Source of the DNA: Antedon mediterranea
Taxonomy: Eukaryota > Animalia > Echinodermata
DNA length: 64,000 bases
NCBI RefSeq assembly: GCF_964355755.1
Contig: NC_092678.1
Span: 25,437,365-25,501,364, forward strand
Direction of reading: 5' to 3'
This document shows positions 1 through 11,392 of this stretch, in pieces (within the stretch, counting starts at the first letter, position 1; each line of letters begins with the position of its first letter). Below the pieces are notes generated by a model that worked only from the letters and a program-made list of their open reading frames with translations, ran no database searches and was not told the origin of the DNA. Made by a program: the position numbers and the translations under genes.

Positions 1-2
1 AT

Positions 3-146
3 CTACAACCAAAGGATCTGCTTTTCTCCAAATCACTTGACACAGGATCATCTGATTTGGATTTTGAAATTTATGACACGAACAAAGGAAGAAATCAGGA
101 TTTTGTAGATTTAGATGAATTTGAATTTATTGGTATTAGGGATTAG
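3..146 (+). CDS. Possible 3' end of an upstream gene (acidic C-terminus with LIR-like motifs)
   Basis: Frame 3 is open from the window start: LQPKDLLFSKSLDTGSSDLDFEIYDTNKGRNQDFVDLDEFEFIGIRD*, followed by AT-rich UTR-like sequence. Too short to identify. Confidence 0.3.
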   Translation, partial: LQPKDLLFSKSLDTGSSDLDFEIYDTNKGRNQDFVDLDEFEFIGIRD

Positions 147-444
147 TTAGATATCATACTGTGTGTCTGTGTAAGCCCACCCGGGGCTTATAACTGGGTC
201 ATTAAGTAAATAACATAATAATACTGTAAATACAACAATATTATTTACTACTTGCACACTTAACCCACCTTCTTGGTTGTCCAATTTTGCTTGCTTTTCT
301 TTTTTTTTTTTTTTTAAATTGATTTTATAATGAAAACATTTTAATTCAAGGTTAATTCAATTTGTAAAGTTTTTAATTTTTTATATAATTATTTTGAATT
401 GGCAGTAAATTTGGGGGTATTTACAATTTTGCGTTTTTTTACAA

Positions 445-534
445 ACCAGTGGCCTGCTCTCTTATCTTCAGATAACCAGTGCCCTACTCTCTTATCTTCA
501 GATAACCAGTACCCTACTCTCTTATCTTCAGATA
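445..534. repeat. 30-bp tandem repeat, 3 copies
   Basis: aaccagtg(g/c)cct(g/a)ctctcttatcttcagat repeated three times. Confidence 0.85.
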
Positions 535-878
535 CTAATTTACATGTGTAAAGTATAAATGTGAAATATTAAATTATAAATATTAATTTATGAAAATTAG
601 AAGAAGTAAAAATTGGTTTCATAATGAGAATCAATATTCATATGAATTCACTCTTTAAAACTAAATAATTGTTCTTTAGTGTGTGACAATATATTACTGT
701 TTTGGTTCTTGTATGTTTTAATTGTAGAAGCTCTTTCTTTGAAAAATATGTAAACTGTAAGTTATTCATGAACAGTTTAGTTTATAGTTGTATGTCAGAT
801 CCAGCAGTGGCACACTCTTGAGTGTGTAGTACTTAAGATTCATGTATACTTATTTTGTATTTACATTTAGATGCTATT

Positions 879-1052
879 AAGCGCTATCTACACTATCAAA
901 CTAGTTTGACAAAAAAAGTTTGATGTGCCCAAATATGGTAGTGATATCATTATTATGCCCAAATATAGTAGTGATATGACATTATCATGTCCATATAATT
1001 ATGAGCACATCACATTTTTTTGTCACATCAAGTTTGATAGTGTAGACAAGGC
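879..1052. mobile_element. MITE family with TIR aagctctgtctacactatcaaac
   Basis: Inverted ends ctacactatcaaac ... gtttgatagtgtagac and internal gcccaaatatggtagtgat repeats. Further copies at about 1822-1932, 5650-5850 (partial), 23766-23902, 35410-35555 (partial), 54203-54365, 58518-58674, and one split at 61040/63770. Confidence 0.75.
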
Positions 1053-2188
1053 CTTGATTTCCGACGACTTAACTACGTCATATTAATTTATTTTGCGCAT
1101 GTGCAAAAGTTATGACATGATTTCTTGCTTCCCACCTCAAAATAGTTTTGTAATTTCTAGGTCCAGGAGGACCTGATCTAACTCAGTCCTAGCAAATCTT
1201 AAGCTCTCCAGACAGATGGTATTATTCTCATAAGTCAAAGTCTTGTAGCCTTAAAGTACACATATTTAATGCAAGCCCTTGTCATTGAGTACTAACTTAA
1301 TGTTGGGGTATGCCACTGATGAGATCAGGGATGGTCACTATGAGGGCGCAGTAACATGTAGAATACACCCTAACACTTAAAATACTCTACTTAATACTCA
1401 CAAACAATTTTCACTAATCCCAATGCATGTTGCCAATTTTTTTTGTAACTATATTATCACTTAAAAGTGTTTATTAATTTAATAATACAGTAGTCATATA
1501 TACATGTATAAACCACTGGATTGCATACATGATGGGATTTTGATTTAACCTCCCCTCCCAACCCATGGTGCTACAGAATTAATTGTACACTCTTTTGTCA
1601 AGTTTCTTTTAATTTTTTTGGCTTTGTTTCAAAGCCGTTTCATGTGATATTAATAATTATTTGTACTTTTGTCTTTATTGTTTGTGCAATAGCATTTATT
1701 GAAGAAGACAAAGATTAAACCACAATATATAATTTAGTTATTTGTCATACTTTTTTAATAGGTGTCATTATTTTTATAAACATATATTCTAGTCAATAGC
1801 ATACTTATACAACTTGTTTAAAGCTCTGTCTACACTATCAAACAAATATGATGTGCCCATAAATGGACATGATAATGTCCATTTGGCAACATCACACTTT
1901 TTTGTCTAACTTTGATAGTGTAGACAGAGCTTTCCATTCCGGAATTATTTTGGATAACGTTTCCAATGTAATGGATGACAACAAACACTAATAATTTGCA
2001 ATTCTTTATTTGTATGTATATTTAACTCCACTATTACAGAACATTCCTTGGCCATTTTTGATCGCCTATTCAGATTTTGGAGAATACTGTTGGTGTCGCT
2101 ACTTGATGTTCTTTCAGAACTTAAAAGTGGCGTCTCTTTACTTGGTATCCTTTCACATATTATTGTTCAAACTTTTAGAATATTGTGG

Positions 2189-4082
2189 TTAACTTGAAAG
2201 TGGCATCCCTTTTCCTGTCAAAATACTCTGAAATAAATATAGCTTAATACATTAATATCCCTGTTTAGAAGTAAAGGGCAACTTGAGCAGAGGGAGTAAC
2301 GAAATCTGTGACTGCTGAAATTCACTAAGCACTTGCTTAAACTTAAAAGATACGCTAAATCAAGTACGTACATTTTGTGTTTGTTGAACACATGCATTAA
2401 ATGCTTTCACTTCATCTGAACATTTGAGTACTTGCTTAGGGTTGGCTTGGTAACAGTCTAACACGGCTTGCTGTAGGTTCTCACATATGCAAACATACTT
2501 ATCTTTCCTGTCATTCACAAAAACATTATATTTACTAAACACTGGCTTTACTTTGTTACAAGAATATGTTTTGTACATTTCAATCATTGTAAAAAAAACT
2601 ATTTTGTTTCTTGTTTAAACTTACATAAATTTTGCTTCTACTTTGTCTGCTGCCTGATTAAACTGTTCAGATGTTATTTGTGCTAGGTTGGCATTCTAAG
2701 AAAAAAATTATGCTGATTTAAAATCTGGTTTTCACAAAAGAAGGGTGTATAAAGACTGTTCTTAGGGAACAAACCAACATTTGTGGACGCCTGTGCTTTC
2801 TGAGGTTGGTTGCATTATTATTACTTGTAGGATGACAATTGACCCTCACCTTTTCCTCAGCCTTTCTTAGCCTCTCACTCCAGTGATCCTCAATTTGACG
2901 TAATCTTTCCTGCCACACCCTATCACTGTGGGTGTGTTGCTCATCCTGTTAATAAAAGTGTGTCCAAATATGGTAGTGGTATGCCCAAACACATCACATT
3001 TTTTTTTTCTTTAGAATCCTCTGCAGTATTATGAAATGTTTTATTTTTTTGGTACAATAGAATAATATAAATATTTATTTAAGGAGAGAAAAATGTTTAT
3101 ATTGTTTATGAACTTTTTATTCTTATTCTCCATAATTGCAATCTGGTTAATTTGCGGTTTCAGGTCTCTAAACTCTAAAATATTTTGAATTTGGCTTTTA
3201 ACTTTAAATTTTCACAAAAATACCTGTTGACTAAAGTCTGTCATGTTACCATGTTCATCTGTGAAAGAGAACACAATTTAATTTTATGCAAAAAAATAAA
3301 ATTATATTTCAAATAAATATGTAAATTACAATCAAACATCTCTTGAACACAATCATTATTTATAAATAATTACCCCTTCCCCCACATGGTATAAAATTGT
3401 CTATTACTTAGAAATAAGATAAATTTAAGTTTTATCTTCAAATAAATGTTTAAGTTTTACCTTGTACTTGAGAAGACTGTATCATTAATTTCAGAACATT
3501 TTCTGATATCTTAAATAAATAAAATAATAATTATTTTAAATTTATTATTAAATAGGCTATACTATGAATATGATGTTTTGTAGGCTACTTTGTTGTTGTA
3601 GGCCTAACCAAAATCTTTACCGGTATTTATTATACCTTACTAAAGGTAAGAATAGGCCTACTATCTAGTACTTTAGTAGGCCAAGCTAGTTAGTAGTAGT
3701 ACTGTAATTAGGGCCTAATTTAAATTATATGTAGCCTAAACCTAGTTTGCATTGCAAAGCGTACAATAAAAGAATAAGAAAAGGGTAAATTCCGATTTTT
3801 AGTGTTCTTGCAGGCCTATTAATGGCAGATTCTGACACCTACTACCTAGGCCTGCTGAACCAGGCCTACGTACGTATTATGCTGCTCGGGAGAACAGCAG
3901 AGAGCTTAGGCTAGTGAGTGTCCTTGCAGGTTTTAGATTGTGTGTGGCCTTAATAGCTAGGGCCTAGCTTAGAATATTAATTTCGCTAAGATCCTGTTAA
4001 TCATTTCTAACATTAATATTACCGTTATTGCACCGTCTCTTTCTTCTTCCAAAGTAATTGTTCTACTGCTACCGCCACCCAT
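2189..4082 (-). CDS. CHCHD3: MICOS complex subunit MIC19/MIC25 (CHCHD3/CHCHD6 family), 7 coding exons
   Basis: GT-AG exons at about 4082-4023 (MGGGSSRTITLEEERDGAIT, MGxxxS myristoylation motif), 3509-3461, 3258-3224, 2946-2851 (coiled coil WQERLRQIEDHWSERLRKAEEK), 2696-2626, 2507-2372 (twin CX9C: CENLQQAVLDC...CSDEVKAFNAC) and 2227-2189 (stop). Confidence 0.88.
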
Positions 4083-5021
4083 TTTCACCACTTTTCTGCT
4101 TTTGTGTTTTGTTTTTATTTCGCTTTTCAACTTTCGACAGGATTTATTTTTGAGAGTAGAGAAAAGAGTACTGCGCTGCTTGACCAAAACGCGTTTATTA
4201 CGCGTCAGCAAATAGGCTAGGTACTTAAACGCAAAAATAGGCCTACCGTTACCAGCCCTTTAAAAAACCATGAACATCGGGCGTATAGTATTAGAATACT
4301 ATAAGCCCATAAGAACTTACGATATTGGTTTGTTTCCTAATGATGTTACGACATGATTTGTTGAAATATGAAACAAAATATATAAGACTCATTAGGACCT
4401 CAGCTCCACCATGGTTGGGCTGAGATGAGAAGTTGAAAAATAGAGCTGCCAGGTCCCCGGAAACTATACTTTAATTACTTTATTGTCAACAAAAAAAGGC
4501 ATAAACATAAACAATCATCATTGACAAAAGTTGATAAGATTTAGTTGGAAACTAATTGCACGTATATACATTGATATATGAAACGAAATTATAATTCTAC
4601 AGTAATTGGGTGGAGCAAATAATTTGGAAAAATAGAGTTGCTAGGTGCGTGCCTGGAAATTGGACTTTGAAATATGGAAAGCATACAAGGCTACATGACC
4701 AGTCCCATGCCTATCCTAAATTAACTTAAAGTATCTCTCTTTCGAAATAAAAAAGAAAAACATTTTATATATATTATTTATAAAAAAAAAAAAAATCCGT
4801 AGAGATTCGAACCCCAGCTAGTAAACCTAAGAGAATTCAAACGATAGGTACTAGAGCACTACATGTTATGCCACAATGTACACGAGTAATGAAAGGTGTC
4901 AATAGTATATTCTTATACGCCTTTCATATTACGTCATTCTAATCGTTACGTCCTAAATATGCATATTCATGAGTGTTATTTTGAGGGAACGAAACTCGTA
5001 TTAACATTTCTATAAACCAGA

Positions 5022-5260
5022 GGGCCGGATAGCTCAGTTGGTAGAGCGTCGTGGAACACGATTATCATGGGTTCAAACCCCATGCCGGTCTCGGTGGAAA
5101 AGAGTTAAAGCTATGCGAGCTTCTGTGTTTGGGGTTCACAGATTTAAACGTCCCCCATTCCACCACGGCATTATGAAGCGATAACATCAAAGCATCTGAT
5201 GTCGTTACCCAAGGCTGTGAGAGGGCCTTACCGTGCTAGAGGCAAGGGAGCACACCAAAT
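5022..5260 (+). mobile_element. tRNA-derived SINE
   Basis: A-box TAGCTCAGTTGG and B-box GGTTCAAACCC; D and T arms can fold but the anticodon loop is only 3 nt (tcgtg-gaa-cacga); about 170 bp of non-tRNA body follows. Confidence 0.65.
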
Positions 5261-6160
5261 TTTTTTTTTGGCTTATTGCCTCTTTTCGATCTCATAAATT
5301 ATATGTTTGGCGCCCTCAATTTTAATAACATCTGCGTTGTCATGTGGTGTTGTGTAAAAAAAAATAATTGTTTTGACAGTTGACACGCACATGTTGACCA
5401 CCGCTTGGCGAATGCACGAAATAAAAACATTTTCGACGTAATAAATAAATTGAATTTAAATTACGTCATATCAACATTGTCAATATCAATGAAATACGGA
5501 TAGTTAAACACCTTTAAAAACTTGATAAATAAATACCACAACAAGTGTATAAATTTGGTCTGAAGTGAGACGTTTCGGTCAAAAAGTGGGCCGAATCGTC
5601 CTACCAAAAGGGAGGGGGGGGGAGGGGGCAGAATCGTCCCGGAATAACCGTAGAGCTCTCTAAACCATGGAACTGTCTAAACTATCAAACTGTGTGACAA
5701 AAAAGTGTGATGTGCCCATGGTAGTGATGCCCAAATATGGTAGTGATATACCCAAATATGGTAGTGATATACCCAAATATGGTAGTGATATGATATAATC
5801 ATGACTGTGATCCATAATATTATTATATCAGACATTTTTTTGTCAGTATAGTCAATAAAATTGATAATAAATAAATATTTCTAAATATTAATTAGAAAAA
5901 AACAATAATTCAAATTGTTACGTCAAAAAGTCGTGGCTTTTTTTGTAAAAAATCAAATATTCTTGTTTATCATCTATTCATGGTGTTTGCAAAGAATATT
6001 TTTGACAAAATACTGAGATTGTTTAGTTTTAATTCATGTAATTTTACTTTCTATCGGACCGTAAATTCCGAAATAAAAGATTGAATTGAATAATTGCAAT
6101 TGAACAAAACTATCTATTTCATTGTTTCAGAAATATAATCCATATACCGGTACCTTAAAA

Positions 6161-6199
6161 CATAGAGATATTATAGTGTTCTTTTATAATATCTCTATG
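6161..6199. mobile_element. 39-bp palindromic P-element-like footprint
   Basis: 15-bp inverted ends catagagatattata...tataatatctctatg flanked by 7-bp duplication cttaaaa; the paralogous site near 12160 is empty. Confidence 0.7.
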
Positions 6200-7148
6200 C
6201 TTAAAAATACCATGAACACTGGCGTCTAGACTCGTGAGTAGCACAGAAGACATAATTACAATAGGACAATTATAAATTGAATTCATCACAAACAAAAGGT
6301 AAGTTTTTTTATATACCCGTATTCAACATAATATTAAATGCCAGGCAAAAGGTTCAGCCTCTGGTTTGACTATATTACAGTATATATATATTTATTATAA
6401 ATCCAAAGGCAATATACTGAAAAAATGACAATGCTGTGGGAATCAGTGGCTGGATCTCAATGGAGATACAAAATAATAACTGAAGCAAAAAGCTAAATCA
6501 AAATTCAAAACAATAAAGTAAAATAGCCAGAAACATTATCAGAGCTCTCAGGCAACACTAACCCTTTATAAGTGCAAGTGTAAAATAACTATAATACAGT
6601 ATATATATACTTAAACATGGACTGGAAAACATGACGTTGTTGTCTAGGTGTAAACAAAAATCATACAAAATAGATTAGAAAAAAGAATCGTTTAGTTTGT
6701 TTTCAAGGATTTTTTTCACACAAAGAATTCCAAAAGAAGACGGAGGTCCAAAAAAAAGATTTTTTTGCTGATGGATAGTTGGAAATTTATTTAATCAGTT
6801 GATTGCTACACTCCAAGTGTACATGAATTTAAAAACAAATCATTATTAATTTAAGTTTTGTTTGTTATGGTTTTAATTTGTAAACACCTTTCAACTTTTG
6901 TATTGTTTTAGTTACATTCTACTTCTTTTATTTCTTTAATTGTTTGTTGTTTTTTGTAAATAGTTTTATATACTGAAACGGCCTTGTTAAAAACACTATA
7001 TTAAGCGGATCAAGTTTTCCGTTTTCAAATAAAGTTATTAATATTATTATTACTACTAGGCTATGTGCATATATTTCAAAAGCAATTTATGTTTCCTTCT
7101 ACATATCTTTTAAAGAAAGTTAATATTGGCTTCGGAGTGGTCTTGAGT

Positions 7149-8951
7149 TTACAGAGTACAAACCACGCAAGATAGCTCAAGATTATCTCCATACACCGAA
7201 CAATTCAATCCACCACCAGATTGATTGCATTTTCCCTCAACGAGGAACAACGTACTGGCTTCATCATCAGGAAATTGCGGACGGGCGCCATTACTATCAG
7301 GAACAACAGACTGGTTTTCATCAACGCATATGAACTCTGTACGCTTACGGTCGTCCCGAGAGGTCATTAAATATCCATCATATTCTTTAGTCCAACCGTT
7401 TGGACATTCTGTAACAGCTGGCATCATAAGTGTGACACTTCGTGGGGCTTGACAAACGGCACAAGGAACGTCATAATTGTGATTGTTCTTTAGCGGACTA
7501 AACTTCAAATCTCCGTACCTGTATTCTGTACCATAAACTGACCCTCTTTCGGTTTGAGATAATCCTACCGTAAACCTGTATTGTGGGTTGTCAGTCAGAC
7601 AGAGATAGTTTGCACCACTCCCACTTGAACCGTATGGTGGCCCTGCTGTCCTACCTAGGATTGTTAAGAGTTTTAAAATGCAGGAAATGGGATCATAGAC
7701 AATATAACAAATAAACAATATAGAAATTTAAAAGGAGCAATAATAATAAAATGTAAGAAAATACAACAAAAGCAAAATCATGGATGGTTGAATTGGCAGT
7801 GATGATTCAATAAGGTTTAATTTTATTTATTAAACCTTGTTTAAAGGGGTAACAAAGAAAAACAAAGAACTAAACAATTTACCTTTGTAGATCAATTCCG
7901 CAGTATTAGGACAGTTGGTACGCCCCCAACGAGTGAATAGAGTAATTTTAGTAGACTCAGGAACTGTGGGAACAAAGTAACAAAAACATGTAAATGTTGT
8001 ATTGATACTAAATACACAATTTATGATTTAATTTTTATTGAGGGCTTTGAATGATATAAAGACTGTGCTTGCCTCTGTGGTGTACCACAAAACATCTGAA
8101 CAAGCTAACCCAGCCTGTGCTTGCCTCTGTGCTGTACCACAAAACATCTGAACAAGCTAACCCAGCCTGTGCTTGCCTCATGTGCTGTACCACAAAACAT
8201 CTGAACAAGCTAACCCAAACCTTCCCTTTTGTATAAACTAATTTAAGACTAAACAAAGCAGCAATAGATGTTACTTTGTTTTAAAAATCTAACCCTACTG
8301 TTTAAGGATGATGATAAAATATTATTTACGTTGCCTGTATCATTGGTGTTCTGATATTGTTATTCAATATACTGTCCTGGTATGAAGCTTACCTTTAATT
8401 TGTGAATTTGGACCCGGCTTTAACACGTTTTCCTAAATTAAAGGCAACAAAATTAATAATCAATAACAATAATTTTAACGTCACATGCATATATAAAGCT
8501 TTTCAAATTGCAATGACCTAGAACAAAGTATTGTGTCTGGAATCTGCCAAAATTGTGTCAAAAAATCTTCTACTATAAAGTGTGTCACAATGTTCCTGTA
8601 TTTTCACAATAAATCAAACATAACATCTAAGCTTGCAAATCGAAAACCCTATTATTCTCAGCTGATCACATCTAAACTTACTTCGATTCTCGTAAGATGC
8701 TCAATGAAGGATTTCTGTGACTGGATAGTCATGATACTGAAAACTGCTACTACAATACATACAAGAATGACACATGCAACGGCAATACCAAGTGAAACAT
8801 GGTGTTGCTTCTGCTGTACAACCACCACTTGTTTTCCAGGAGGAACTGTATCAACATCACTATATTGACACTTGGCTATTCCTTTCTCTGTACTCTGGGT
8901 CCCCTCATTGCTCATTACTTCCATATACATATTATTATCCATCTCTGCCAT
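7149..8951 (-). CDS. Copy A: type II TM protein with short-chain collagen C4-like (NC1-related) ectodomain, intact, about 298 aa
   Basis: Exons 8951-8682 (YMEV, YSDV, TM VSLGIAVACVILVCIVVAVFSIM), 8432-8393, 7963-7883 (FTRWGRTNCP) and 7654-7149 (GSGANYLCL...DVPCAVC...CPNGWTKEYDGYLM...EFICVD...ELSCVVCT); canonical splice sites and consistent phases. Confidence 0.85.
8063..8217. repeat. About 51-bp tandem repeat, 3 copies, in intron 2 of copy A
   Basis: tgtgcttgcctctgtgctgtaccacaaaacatctgaacaagctaacccagcc; only one unit in the paralogous intron of copy I (about 55660-55715). Confidence 0.85.
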
Positions 8952-9789
8952 TCTTTGATTCTTTTTGTTGTTTGTCTGTCCCCACTAACAGTATTTATAC
9001 AAACAGCTAAACCGCATATTGAGGAACATCAAACTATTTAGCCTAATTTATAGGTAATAATGTGTAATTACTTATTGTACGTAGATTTTTTGTTTATACT
9101 ACATTAAAACAATGGATTTCCTCACTTCTACTAAAATGACCACAACACATTTTTTTTAAAGAGTTTTAATAACACACTAAAATGTGGTATATCAAGATTA
9201 AATTACTAGTTGGCATCTGTACATCCGTAGATTAATTTCCGATCGGATATTTGACACAAATTGAAATAAATTCTCAATTTTAATATACAATAATATCAGT
9301 TTTTGTTTGTTTTCTATGAAACATAATTTTGTGGTTCTTCTACAGGTAATGATTAGTTTTGATATAAAGTTTGCGGTACAGTATATTATAAAACTGGAGA
9401 ACGATCAAAGCAGAATGGCGTGATGTCTGAGTCTCGGTTTGTTTTTTTTTTGGCATGGTTGGAATGCCTTTTATTGTATTAGTTTATGTACAGCGCTAGG
9501 TTTCACAACATTAGGCGCTATATAAATCTAGGATATTATTATTATTATTATTATGTAGTACAATACTAACAGTAGTAAATTAAAAATCAATAATTAATTT
9601 CTTAGAAGGATGATGTTAATATAATATTTAAATAATAATTAATGGTTAATATTTCAAATATAATTGTATTACAGTATGATTATTAATAGATTTTTGTTTT
9701 ACGATTAACACATTTGTTCTTGAACCTGCTTCTTTGCTGTTTGTAGAACTACGTCTGTACTGCCTAAGGACAAACAACATAAGGAGGAA
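8952..9789. promoter_or_regulatory. Divergent intergenic region between copies A and B; TATA box for A
   Basis: Head-to-head ATGs with 838 bp between them; gtataaatactg on the minus strand at about 8990-9001, also present upstream of copies E, F, G and I. Confidence 0.5.
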
Positions 9790-11392
9790 ATGACACAGGA
9801 GGAAAATGTGTATATGGAAGTAATAGCCGGTGAGGAGATACAGAGTACAGAGAAAGGAATAGGCAAGTGTCAATATAGTGATGTAGATGCAGTTCCTCCT
9901 GGAAAACAAGTGGTGATTGTACAGCAGAAGCAACACCATGTTTCACTTGGTATTGCCGTTGCATGTGTCATTCTTGTATGTATTGTAGTAGCAGTTTTCA
10001 GTATCATGACTATCCAGTCACATAACGTAAGTGGGGTGCAATTATGACAGAAAACATTACAATACCTGTAAGTAGTATTGACAGCATGTTGTTGACAATG
10101 GTTACTAATGATGTACATGTAGTAGATCAGACAGTGGTTGTAAAAACAGGTTACCTATGTCAAGTACATAATTGACTAGATATAATAGAAATAACTTAAA
10201 CCAAATTTTAACATCTTGTATATTATAATATTTTTTTTGGCTTTAATCTAGGAAAAAATATGTTCACAAACTAAAGGTAGGCTTTTTTATACCCGTAAAA
10301 CACAATATTAAATAAGGTAAATAAAGGTTCAGCCCCTAGAATATGACAGTTTTAATTAATTAGCTGAGATCTTTTCCTCTTCAATAATATGAATGTGAGT
10401 GGCCGAGTGCTTAAAGACAGTGGAACCGTAACCCGGCCATAACATCGGCAGGGGTTCGAGGCTCACTCACTCTATGGTCTTCTCAGATATAAGAACTATA
10501 AACCGTATTTCCAGTGTACACACATGGTGTACATGGTCAACCAGTGTGGGGATCAAAACCCAGAATCGCAAATAATTTTGTATTAAAATTTAAATGATAA
10601 CAATTTTTTAAATTAATTTATAGTTTATACTTTATACACACGTTGGGGGCGCATGGATTGTCCAAGTACTGCTGAATTAGTATACAAAGGTATTTAAATA
10701 AAATGTTTTATTTAAAAATAAAATTGTAATTTTTGAAAAAATATCATGTTATTTTGAATATTCATCAGAAGATGATACTATGTCTTTGCAGAACATTGTA
10801 AATGATACCTATCAAAGTTTTGAGGTAATATTATATTGTATTATAATCCAATATTTAGGGTTTATTTATATTTCTAGGTGTCATGTCTGGTGCACCACAT
10901 ACCGGTAGTAATACTGGGAGTGGTGCAAACTATCTTTGTTTACCTGACCAACCACGATACAAATTCACAATGGCAGGCTATCAAACCACAAGGGGATCAA
11001 TCGCTGCTGTGGAATTCAGAGAATCAACAAAAATGTTCCAACCAACAAAAAAACTCCATGGTTTAAACTTTCCTTGCGCCGTTTGTCAAGCCCCACGAAG
11101 CGTCTCGTTACTTTTGCCAGCGGATACCGAATGCCCAATTGGTTGGATTACAGAGTTTAGCGGATACATGATGGCTTCTAAAAAGAACGAAAAACGTGCA
11201 GAATACGTCTGCGTAGATGAAAGTCCATCTTACATAAAGGGTAGACCTAATGCCGGTGATGCGGATGGGGTATCGGCCAGCTTTCTATTTCTTGTTGAGG
11301 GCCGATGCAATGCAGAAAATGTAGTTGGAGGGTTGCCTTGTCCACCGTATGTTGATGGTTATGAGTTGACTTGTGCAATTTGTACACAGTAA
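9790..11392 (+). CDS. Copy B: type II TM C4-like domain protein, intact, about 280 aa
   Basis: Exons 9790-10026, 10252-10276 (EKICSQTK), 10624-10689 (YTRWGRMDCP) and 10878-11392; all in frame with GT-AG sites. Confidence 0.88.
10397..10535 (+). mobile_element. tRNA-derived SINE family in intron 2
   Basis: A-box-like gtggccgagtgcttaa and B-box-like ggttcgaggct; copies at about 13060-13197, 32838-33590 (interrupted), and on the reverse strand at about 31200-31445 and 44950-45220. Confidence 0.65.

Noticed and set aside
5022-5092. tRNA gene
   Set aside because: The anticodon loop is only 3 nt and the sequence continues into a SINE-like body without an immediate poly-T terminator
8533-9041. Recurrent antisense and alternative-frame ORFs (MVLLLLYNHH..., MQRQYQVKHG..., ...TCFPGGTASTSLY) at each copy
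   Set aside because: Shadows of the conserved exon 1; their recurrence reflects duplication and their ends vary with the flanks
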